Assembly: GCA_964199315.1 (NCBI GenBank)
Contig: OZ116702.1
Span: 8,990,001-9,054,000 of the forward strand
Direction of reading: 5' to 3'
DNA: 64,000 bases
DNA from: Orbicella franksi
Taxonomy: Eukaryota
Part shown: positions 48,601 to 59,900 of the stretch, piece by piece
Numbering within the stretch: the stretch's first letter is position 1
Layout of the letters: each line of letters starts with the position of its first letter
Program-made: the position numbers and the translations under genes
Notes under the pieces: model-generated
Told to the model about the DNA's origin: nothing
Databases searched by the model: none
Seen by the model: the letters and a program-made list of their open reading frames with translations, nothing else

Positions 48601-51600
48601 CAAAGCTTCCCCAAAGAAGGCGTGGCATCCCTGAAAAACGACTGCGGAGTAAACTAAACAGACATCTGATCCACTCTTAATCAATGGACCTTTTCCGCGA
48701 TACGGTGGCCATTTTAAAATACTATCGTTTCAAATGGCTATTAAGGGATACTGAGGGGGCAAATACGTCCTAATCTGCCCCTTGAGCATCCCATAATAGG
48801 TAGTGGAAACAATGTAATCAAAATGGCCGCCATATCACCCAAAAGGTCCATTAACATTACCATCAGTGCAGCAATGAGCTCATCATCATGGGCGCCTTTC
48901 TCCAGCAGCGTCTGTACTTGAGCCTTCAGTCCCTTCAAGTCGCTGGCCAGCACCTTGTTACGAGCCTTGGCTGCGTCGTGTTTCTGTAGTAGTTTGGTGT
49001 GTTCTTGTTCCAGGCTCTCTAACTCCGCCTGAGTTTTCTGATGAAGAGCAATGAAAAGTCGTCTATGATCATTTGACAGGTTTGCGAAGGAAACCTACAA
49101 TGTAGTCTCCGGGCGGGAAAGGGGGGGGGGGGGGGGCGGGGGAGGGAGAGAAAGGCCTTCTCTATTTCATCTCCAGTCAGGACAGTCATGGCCCTTTCGA
49201 TCGGAACACGAGTATAAGACTGAGTATGATTACGGGTTTTCAAACTTACCTGTGGTGCTTATGCTTTCGATTTAACAAATTGACGTCAATTTTTCATGCG
49301 TCTGCCCTGTTATTGATCATGAACTTCCTCATAACATAGTCAAAGTAGCTGTGGATCCACGAGACGACAGTCGAGTGGATCCACTGACTACTTGACAATG
49401 CTATGACGAAATTAATTGTTAATAACGGGACAGACGAATGAAAAACTGACGACAATTTGTTTTTTACAATGATAAATTGTCAAACTGTCCGCTCTCGCTT
49501 CTGCGTCAGCATCGCTTGGTGTAAATTATAAATTCACGTGTCTCTCCACTTTTACAGGGATTTTTGCCTTTTGCATGATTTTTGCCATTTCTTTCATTAA
49601 TGTTCGTTAAGAGTTAAATTTTTTCTAACCTCTTGTGCCTCTTTGCGATCTTTCTCGATCTTTTTCAGCACTGAGCGGTGTTTTTCATCGTACTGTGATG
49701 GCGCTGTGGATGGTGACATCATGGCTGACCTCATGAGGATGTTGTTAGATGTTGCCGAACCGCTCCGCGCGACTTGACTCAACTGTCCTTTTAACTCAGA
49801 CACCTGCGTGACACAAGAAATGTCAATTGCTCCTCATTGAGTCAGCGATCAAAGCACTGCACACGCGCGTACAGTACCCGCCAAAAATGCCGCCTATAAA
49901 GGTTCAGGTAGCAGCTCTCGTAAGGTGTCACATGAATGGCTTAATATCCCCGTCGGGGGGGGGGGGTACACCCACATATGGGCTATATAGGTATGTGCCG
50001 CGGGATAGGGTAGGGTTTTAGAGGTTCTCGATACTTCAATAGGGTATCATTTTTGCCCCTGTTGGGATTGTGTTCCCGATGTGATCCTTAGATAGGGTGC
50101 CTTAACTGTATCAGCTAAAATTGCAGTACGTAAACGCCCAGCTAAGCAAAAAACAGATGATCCGTTACAAGAAACTGTTCGTACACCTCCAATGTTACAG
50201 AAACGAAATAAAGTTGAACCGTCCATGCTATTCTTAGTTTTTGTTTTTCCCTTCAACAGGGTGCCATTTTTCGGGTTTGGGCCTTAAATAAGGTGTCATT
50301 TTTCATGTCCTTCATCCTTAAATAGAGTCAGGGTTTAAGACCCTTCGCGGCACACACCTATCCGAAATTTACGTAAGTACCCCCCGGGCTCGATACCCTT
50401 TAAGAGAACAATAGAACAAACAACAGAAACAATGCCCCTAGCCCTGAAACAATAACAGCTGCTACAACAATAAAACATTAGCAGCTTACGAGAGCTGTTA
50501 CACTTCTGGGGGGGCTATAAACGTCTCAAAGTTTCGAAATCCTCCAATGTAAAGTCACTGCAAGCTAAGCTCTGTACGCCACCTTACCTTATTTTGCAAA
50601 GAAGTGATCTGCTGTTGTCTTCCTCGCCATCCACTGGAATCATTCAACAATGCAGCGATGTTGAATCCATCTCCCACTTCCTTGGCAAGGACCTAGCCGG
50701 GTTAAACAAAAGTGATCAGACGAGTGTAACTGAAAGAATGTTTATACGTGCCGGAGACAAAATAAGTCATTACCTCCTGATAGTTGTAGTACATATAGAG
50801 AATGAAAGATAATCTTAGAATGTTCATTGTGCTCGCGTATTCCAACAACAATGGCTAAACGTGCAGTTATAATTTCAGACTATAATTATGTGCATACAAG
50901 GTAACTCTTAAAATAGAGTGTTAAATTAGCAATGAAGAGACCAAAAAAAGTTATACTTAGGAGCAAACGCAAAATAAGTTTTGTGTTCTTCCAGCAGAGA
51001 ACTTTGTGCTTGCCTCCTGGCTTACACTCAGGTGCAAAATGTGAGACTTAATGACATCACGTGACATCACATATATGTAATATGATATGGCCAACAAAAG
51101 AAATATCTTATCTTACAGAGAAGACCAAGCACTAAATTAGTAGCTAATAAAGACAATGAAATTTGATTTGCCTTATACAACTAAAACCCAAAGAGGACGT
51201 ATATTGCGAGCCCGAGAGACAGGGGGTATTCCCATTTAATGGCCATATACTTTGGTATGTGCTGCTGTGAAGGGCATGGTTTTCAGGCAGTTTAGTCTGG
51301 GATAGGGTATAGAAACCTGAGAGTTTTTGTCTAGAATAGACTATAATTACCGTGAAAGTGGCCAGTGTATAAATAATATAGCATAGAACAGGGAGCTTTA
51401 CTCGGGATTATATTTACATGTTATGATAAAAAATAGAATAGAAATTGAAACTCGGAAGTGACTTTGTAAGATACTGGTTTAGTTAGCCTATGCTGGACTG
51501 CGAGAGCAATAACAATTTAAGTTTCTGCACACAAAATAGCTAAACTGGGATAGAGTAGGGGTTTCTGGGGCCTAGTCTAGAATATTGTTGTAAAATCAAA

Positions 51601-54600
51601 CTGATCATGGTCTAGTGCAGGGTAAGGGTTTCAGAGTCCCACCAGCACACGGCACATCCCTACCCAAAGACTAACAAAGTACCCCCCAATGGGACTGTGA
51701 GCTAGCTCCGCCAGTTAATTTTCAGAGGCAAAATGTTACCATCAATGTCCCCAAACAGTTTTTTTTTTTTTCAAACTAACCTTGTGTGCAACCTTTAAGT
51801 CTTTCTTTAACTTCTCACACTGATTCCTAAACTCAGCCACTTTATTGTTTGTTTGGCTGAGTTTCTCTTGCAAGGCTGTTACTTCTGAATTGTCCTGAAT
51901 GTACAAACCAATACAAAATGCAATGTTCAGTGATCTAATACAAGGTCACTTGCTTGACATGTGTAGACAGAGATCAACAGCACCACGCTTCGATAAGCGT
52001 TGAGTGACCACCCTAATAACAGCTGTGAAGGAGACTGCATCACAATAAGTAAAAAAAAAATGAGAAAAGGAATCACGGTCAAATTTGAATATCAAGATCA
52101 ATGTGATCTGCAAATTAAGGAAACATGATAAAAAGCAGTTCTGTACCTTTTCTGTATCTGAAGATTTTGGCTTGGATTTTGACTCTGCACCAGACTGACT
52201 TTGTATAATTCCTGATGATATAATCTACATGTAAAGAAACACTGATTGCTTAATGTCAAATTAAACACTGGATATTGTTGTTGCATACACGTACAGTAAC
52301 CTCCTATGTAGATGTTCTTTGGGCTCATCATGCAATCTTCATGGGAGAAGAAAATTGCGTGACGAGCCTAAAGAGCATCTTCATAGGAGGCTTCATTATA
52401 CAGCTCAACCTCACTATTTTGAACTTTCCAGGGAAACAAAAATAGTTTGAGATAGTGCAGGGGTTCAAAATGGCTGAAAGTAAATGACTGAAAACTACAT
52501 TCAAGGGAAAAACTGATTCCAAAAGTTTGAAATACATGCACTGTAGCAGGGAGTCATTCAACAAAGTTATTGATTTTAAGCTTAAGGACGTTCACGTGAA
52601 AACGTTCTACTCGATGGATTCTCTTCAAACTTTTACTGTGGTCAGACAATGAATTACTTGTTTCAGAAATGAAAAAAAATTGGGGGTCACAAACTTTTTT
52701 TCAGGGATAAAGCATGTGGAAAACTAGTCTGATTTTGAATAATTGGCGCATGTATAAAATCAGCATGGTCTCCAGGGTTTTTAGGATAAAATATTAAAGA
52801 TAAATCAACAGAGACAAACTATCCTTAGGCTAGTAATATTTTGTATAAGTGAATCCATTGCGTTAATAATTCCAAATGTTGCCAACTTTTTCACAAAACT
52901 TAACCCTTCAACAGGCATTTGGAACTGCTGCACAGGTAAATGAAGAGCTAAAAAGAATGGAATTCAAAGGTACATTTTGCAAAAAACTCGAACTTGAAAC
53001 TTGAAAATTGGTAGAGAAAATGATCCATCAAAAGAAAAATAGGGGTCATCAAACATCAAGATCATTAAATCCAGGCAAAGCTATAGCAATGGCCATCTGC
53101 CCTAAGATTGTTCATTTTATTATTTAGAGCACACTCGATGCATGACATGGCGTGTGAATTTGCGTGCGCAGTACTAGGATGCGCAGAAACAATAAGTGCG
53201 AACGGCTTTAATGCAGGACTTCTAATAGGGTGCGAAAAAAAAATTGGAAAAATCTCAGTATGTGGCAAGAAAGGTCCATTATGCAGCAAATTATGCAATT
53301 TCATTTTAGCTAATTTAACCCTGCTTTATTAGGTCTAAGAGGAGCACAATCCATTTTTTGCTGTTCAAGAAGCAATTAGAGCACAGAGGAATGATGAAAT
53401 CAGCGAAATAAGTCATTTGCTGCCTCATGTTAAATTATTGAAATAAGAGATTGCTAATTTGTCAGAAGTCGCTGAAGACATTACTTGCCAAAAATGCTTG
53501 TGAAGTTCAAACATTCAAGAACCTCAATGATGCATTGCAAGTACCTCTCTCTCCATTTCCTTCATTTTCTTCATCATCTGGCGTAATTTATTACGTTCAC
53601 TTTCCAAGTCTGCTGTCAGTTCTCTGTTCTTCTTTGAGAGTTCCATGATTCTGCCAGCAGCGGTGTCGGCAGCCACTCCAGTACCTGAGAATTAAAAACA
53701 TTTCAACATGATGATACTGTAGTAAGATAGAAAATCTGTGTTTCTGTATATATAACACATACAACCAAATACCCCGGTCCCAGGCAGTCACAGTGGTCAA
53801 ATGGAGTGGGAGAAGAAAACTCACTCATCACTTCCTCACTGAGAAACGAAAACAAAAAACGTCTGGAACCAGGGTATCAACCAGACAATAACCATTTATT
53901 TTAAGAACAGCAGATTTATTTATAAACTGTCAAGTAGCACAGCAGAACACAAATACATGTACATGTAGTACTAGACGTCTTGTTTATGGACATGCATGTA
54001 CAAATAGTCAATGCTCTTAGTCTGTTGTTCAAAATGTTTGTAATTAAATTATACATTCAAATACATGTACAGTATAAATATGTAGATGTTAAAATTCTCA
54101 CCGGCCAAAGCTCTTTTCTCTTCATCTCGTGCTTTTCTCAAAATCCTCATTTCTTCATCTCTTTCTCCAAGAAGTTTGTAGAGTCTACCATTCTCATCTT
54201 TCAAAACCTATAACATGTGAAGTCTTTGTTACAGACATCCACTAAGATAACTCTAAATTCTTCTAATTTGAATTTGTAAAATTGCTGAAAGGTTACTGTA
54301 GACCTCCAGTTGTGGGCTGCTTTAAAGAAAACATTGGTAAACTAGTCAGTGTATATGATTATTATAATTATCATTGCAAAGCTAATAAACTGTAGAATCT
54401 GAAAATAGCAATATATTTTCAATTGCCATTTTTTTTTTTTGGTAGGGACGCGCAAGCCTTAAAATGCAAAACTGACAGTACTTGCTTTAGTGAATTACCA
54501 GCCTTATTGTGTTATCACAGACATCCAAATTGACTGGACTATATCACTCAGGAGATAATGGGCTGACAAAGTGTGTGAGGCTTTTTCAATATTTTTATTA

Positions 54601-56789
54601 GTTGCTTTAGGCCTCTTTTAAAGTTGGACTATAGTCAAGTCAAGAAAATTTTCTGACTGCTGTTACTCAATGGGATGTCACAGGAAAAATATTTAAATTC
54701 TTGTAAATGCATCACACTTTTGTGTGCTTACATCTGAGGAACAGTTTGGCCAAGTTTCATGAAAATCCGATAAATCTATATACCCTTGGCTGTTGATTCA
54801 TTTGAATAGAGACCTGTACATGTAATTCATGCAAAAATAATGTCTCCAGTTTTCGGCTGCAAAAGAAATTTACAGTTTAGCACCTCTCTGAAGTGGTTGT
54901 CAATGCAGCCATGCTGCCAACCAATGAAATGGAACTTTGAACTCCCCAGCGAGTCTCATGAGAGGACCCCTTATTTTCTCTTGCTGGGAATGAATGTACA
55001 ATATATTTAACATCAGTCTGCCGTGAAACATTCAGCAGCTTATAAACCGAATCAGTAGATAAATGGTAAAAAAGAAGGAAAAGGAAAGGTAGCAGGATAT
55101 TGGTGAGCCAAGTCAAGTGCGGATATTTACATGTATTTATACATTAAAACTATAAACTTAAGTTACAAATAATTATTCATTGGCCTGTTTGTTTTGCTAG
55201 AATACGGAAAAACACTCTTTAAAGCAGAGGAAAAGTTTTACTGGAATACAGAAAAACACTCTTTAAAGCAGAGGAAAAGAGCATCTGAAGAAGCTGCCTT
55301 GTCAGATATCATCGATTAAATTCACCAGTAATTCTGTGGCAATAAACTTGTGTGCTAGAAGAGGGCAGCGACGAAACAGTTGCCTGCAATTTGCGCTTGC
55401 ATTCAAATTTGGGAATGCGAAGGCCCTGCAAAATCGCGTAGTCTATTGCTTAAAAGATGAAAACAATCAACAAAAGCAAAGATCTCTGTCTGAGAAATTG
55501 CAGATGTTCAGTTACTGTGAAAATTTTTACTACTCAACACAAGGGTTGACACATTTTACTACTCAACACAAGGGTTGACACATTTTTTGCAGATCTTTGA
55601 CGTATTTTGAAAAATTGCATTTTTGTGGATAACTCATTCCCGTTTTAAGTTTTTAAAACAATGTTTTTTGGGAAAATTCAGATGAAATAAAAGTCTTGAA
55701 TTTGGTGTGAAGAAAATATTTTGGACAAAATCGGCCCTTGAAACTCTACATGCAGTAACCTTAGATGATGAACAGGGGAGGTATGGTCCAATGGTTCACA
55801 ATTGCTTAATTGACCAAAGATCAAGCACTCAGGTTTGCACACTGACCACTTGATTTAAATTGCAAAACAGATGGCCAAGATACTGACCCTGATTGTGTCC
55901 TTGAGATCTCCAACTTCCTTTTGCATGAACGCACCTCCATCACTTGGTACCACAGAATCAAGCTGAATGTTAAGTACATGCAACAAGAATGAGACCATAT
56001 AGAATAATACACTACCTTGCCAGCCATTCACAGGGCTCGAAAAAAACTAGTCTGAATTCTAGCTGGCTTTTGGACAGGTGCTACGCAGTGAAGTTGCTGA
56101 GCTTATACTGTACATGTAGGTCTACAGAAAATCTATTGATCTGATTTGACCCCATCGTACAGGCCCTGAGGGGACTTTTTGCCCAATAATTCTTTTAAAA
56201 AGTCAAAGATACACCCTACAAATGCCCGATGCACTACCTCGGGCAAGTACATTTTAGCTGAAAACAACCAGGCGCCATTTTCGAAATATTTTAATGACCA
56301 TCGTGCCAAGGTTAAGAGAACTGAAACAGAAGAAATGTTCTACTCAGTTATTTTTTTACGTCATTCCCCAAAGCCCACTGAGATCATCATCGATAGTGCT
56401 ACGTTACGGCCAGGCTTATGTGCTGTGCATGAAAAAACTTAGACTAAATTAGCTAAAGCTTCTAAAATATATTTAATTTTGCCTTGGAAACAAACTGAGG
56501 CTTTGAACTGCCTGGAATAGTAATCATATTTGCCATAAGGGGCGCACAGCAATAACAAGAAATCGACTGACTGACTTTAAAGCAACTAAATTATACAAAC
56601 CTTCAAATCTAAGTTATCAGTGTGCCCGTCATGTCCCCAAAAGTTTTCTGCCGTTACATCTTCATCTTCTTTGGCTGTTTTCTCGGAATTCTTTGTCTTT
56701 CGCTGTTTTCTGGCAAGGAGCTTTCTCTGCTGTTGTTCCTGTATTAACTGGAACTGTTGCCGCAACGATTCGGACGCATCTAAGCTCAT
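45655..56789 (-). CDS. CCDC13: Coiled-coil domain-containing protein 13 (centriolar satellite/ciliary), 13 exons, 764 aa
   Basis: Exons 56789-56601, 55962-55888, 54207-54102, 53684-53545, 52224-52147, 51894-51781, 50692-50588, 49803-49630, 49037-48861, 48352-47697, 46938-46828, 46517-46314, 45820-45655; all GT-AG and phase-consistent (2,295 nt). Motifs recalled from human CCDC13: DENGRLYKLL, ELSKKNR, WRGRQQQI, EKGAHDDELIAALM, QAAEVERDRL, LAIQTDENDALK..KEEDL. Confidence 0.9.
49948..50388. mobile_element. MITE with CCC..GGGGGGGTAC / GTACCCCCCGGG termini, in a CCDC13 intron
   Basis: Inverted G/C-run termini; related body words (ggtatgtgc, gatagggta) recur in 51211-51693. Confidence 0.65.
51211..51693. 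mobile_element. Related MITE (GGGGGTA..GTACCCCCC), in a CCDC13 intron
   Basis: Similar termini and subterminal sequence to 49948-50388. Confidence 0.55.
55201..55583. repeat. Two short local direct duplications in a CCDC13 intron
   Basis: gaatac(g/a)gaaaaacactctttaaagcagaggaaaag occurs twice (about 55200-55278) and ttttactactcaacacaagggttgacaca occurs twice (about 55525-55583). Confidence 0.8.
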
Positions 56790-56991
56790 ATTTTTAAAAG
56801 ATTTTAGGTGGAAAATTCGTGTGTTTGTCCGACATATTTGTTGGCAACAGACAAAGTTGTCGTCCTCAGTCCTCTCTCTCTCCCTTGTCTTCCAAACGAG
56901 GTTCGCTCGCAGTGGTCATGTTGTCATCTCAGTCAGACCAGCCAAGTTCTTGTCTATTCGAGCAGTTTGTCTTTCCAAGCCTAGGGTAAAC
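56790..56991. promoter_or_regulatory. Putative bidirectional promoter and 5' UTRs shared by CCDC13 and NEK8
   Basis: Divergent start codons at 56789 (-) and 56992 (+) are 202 bp apart. Contains an RFX-like half site TGGCAAC and forkhead-like TGTTTGT/GTAAACA words (weak on their own). Confidence 0.7.
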
Positions 56992-59900
56992 ATGGAAAAA
57001 TACGAGAAAATCAAGATTATCGGCCGTGGAGCTTATGGCACCGTTTATCTTTGTCGACGTATTTCCGATGGATGTCACTTCATCATCAAGCAAATTCCAG
57101 TCGAAGAAATGAGTAAAGAGGAAAGACAGGCCGCTATGAACGAAGTAGATGTTTTGAAAAGGCTAACACACCCGAATATAATCTCCTATTTAGAAAGTTT
57201 TTTCGAGGGAAGGGCCTTAATGATCGTGATGGAGTATGCTCAAGGAGGAACCATGTTCAGCTTTCTTGAAGAACGGGAAGGCAAGCTTTTGGACGAAGAC
57301 GAAATCATACGACTGTTTGTACAAATCTTGTTGGCTATCCATCATGTCCACCAACGAAACATCCTTCACAGGGATCTCAAAACTCAGAACATCCTTTTGA
57401 ACAAGACGAGGAAAATTGTGAAGATCGGAGACTTTGGCATATCAAAAATTTTGAGCAGCAAAAGCAAGGCTAACTCTGTTGTAGGTACCCCATGTTACAT
57501 TTCGCCAGAACTGTGCGAAGGTAAACCGTATAATCAAAAAAGCGATATTTGGGCTCTTGGATGTGTACTTTACGAGCTGGCCACGTTAAAGAAAGCGTTC
57601 GAGGCGACCACTTTGACTGCTTTAGTGATGAAAATTATGAAAGGAAACTTTATTCCCATTTCAGAAAGGTACAGTGAGGATTTCAAGAAGCTTGTTCTCA
57701 GCATGCTTCAAATTGATCCCACGAAAAGACCAACCCTTCGACAGATCATGGCTCAGCCACTCATAGTGAATGCACTGTTTAATGTGTGCACTGATGTTGG
57801 ACGAGTGCCATGTAACAGAACCCCAAGACCTATGGCAGGAATATCTGGTAAATTTACACGTATTATTATACATTGGAATCTCAATCTCTGTTATATTTTT
57901 GTGAGCCGCAGATCAATAAACAACGGTCTCCATTTGGTGCATAAATATGCTAGGATATTTGTCCGTGGACATTCTCCATTCTAAGGACAAATATCCAAGC
58001 TTGATTGGTCTAAACATAATACATGACCGAGTAGGGTAACCCGAAAACACTGAGCCTGGTCCATGGACCCCCAGTATGGACCGGGTCTGCGGCACCCTAC
58101 AGACCGGTCAATGGACTACCCCTACGGACTCCATCTACAGACCACACCAAAATAGAACAAAAACAATATTACATAAAGATTTCACTTATGGGTTGTCTCA
58201 GAGACTATACCTTTAGGCAAAATTTCGAACATTACGTTGTGCAAATGTTACAGACTTGGGCAAGTTACATCATTACACATTACCATTTGAGTCAAGACAG
58301 CACCAAAAATGTAGAAATTTTCAAAAATAACATGGCTTTTTTAATTTTCACAAACATGTTTCGACGGCACATCTGTCATCGTCAGTGTGACGGTTATGAA
58401 AGTTTACAGTGATTTAAAACATGCCTGTTACAAATCATACGTTACATTGTGTTGGAAAACAATATGCTAGATAAATTTACCATTTCCTTTGCTGTGACAG
58501 TTTATAAAAGACCGGGAAGCCTCTAAATTTGTGCACCTTTCCCTTTGCCATTTTGTTCAGCCCCTTTTCCTGTGGGTTCGTGAACTCTTCCCAGACTGAG
58601 CCACGAATTGAAGGTAAGAACTTTCCTTCTTTTTGCCATCGACTTCTTCTTATGCCAAGAACAGCTTTTGGACATTATTTTCAGGTTTTAAAACCCCAAG
58701 TCTGTTACATTTGCACAGTATAACACTTGAAATTTCACCAACAAGAGTAATCTATTAGACAACCCATAAATGAAATCTTTATTTATTATTTTGGGGGTGG
58801 TCCGTAGAGGGGGTCTGTAGGGGTAGTCCGTGGACCAGTCTGTAGGGTAGTCCACAGACTTGGTCCATAGTGGGATCAGTGTTTTTGGGTTACGCTTACT
58901 GAATATCCTCCAGCTAAAACTGGGGAACATCCAAGACAATGTGGACGTGAAAAAAGCCAAAAAATTCAACGGATGCAAAGTAGCCTAGAACAAAGAGGTA
59001 TGAATAGACTGCCCGAAGTTGAAGATGATGAAGAATACTACTGTAAGTGAGCGGTAAAGTTTTGGCAGAAGCTAAATTGATTTCACTGGCAGCTGACTGT
59101 AAACATCTTCAGCTGATGACACTTACCTTCAACCTCAACTATCTCTTTCTCAACCTGGTGTCACTTAAGGCCTCAATGACACCTATACTTGCCCTTGATT
59201 ATTCTGCTTATAACAAAAAACGTTATTTTATTATAATACATGAAATACACATGCAGTTGCACAGTACCTACATGTGTTGCTTGCTTTCCTTCTGTGAAAG
59301 GTTTCTGAAACAGTGGAACTCCCTTAACATGATGACCTTTGTCTTTAAAAGAGGTTCTTGAAAGAGTAAAATGGCCAAGTAAAGTGTAGGCTTCATTTTT
59401 CTTTAACCCTGAAGAACAAGTGTTAGTAGTCAAGGCTGTGGTCTAAGAAAAATTACAAGGAGCGCAAACATTCCTAACCATGAAATCGTGGGGGCGGCAA
59501 GCACTTACGCTTGTTTGAAAAAAGTAAGTTTTTCTAGTCACCCAAAGGCAAAGGTTAGTCACCTGGGGCACCTGGGCACTTCTAGAGCACAGCCCTGGTA
59601 GTCATTCATGTAGTTGACTTAAGGGCATTAACGTAAGGCGGACAACAAAATGTAGTGGGGAATCATTATCCATGGGCTGGAGGGAATTCAAACATCCCAA
59701 GGGGAGAAAGGGTAGGGAAGGTAATGTGAGACAACTTGAGAAAGGGAAACTCATAACATTGGATATTGCAGAATGGGAAAATGCCTGCCCAGGAAAATAC
59801 AATCCAGGGTCTTTAACAAATTTGCCCTTTATGATTACTAGCGCTAACTTTGGAAAACATCACTCCCCCCACACCCCATCCCACCCCTCAGGCATCAAAT

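Noticed and set aside
56620-56991. N-terminal extension of the 454-aa ORF 56620..57984
   Set aside because: It is the antisense of CCDC13 exon 1 plus the intergenic region. The NEK8 family start MEKYEK is at 56992, and the tail after 57847 is intron read-through.
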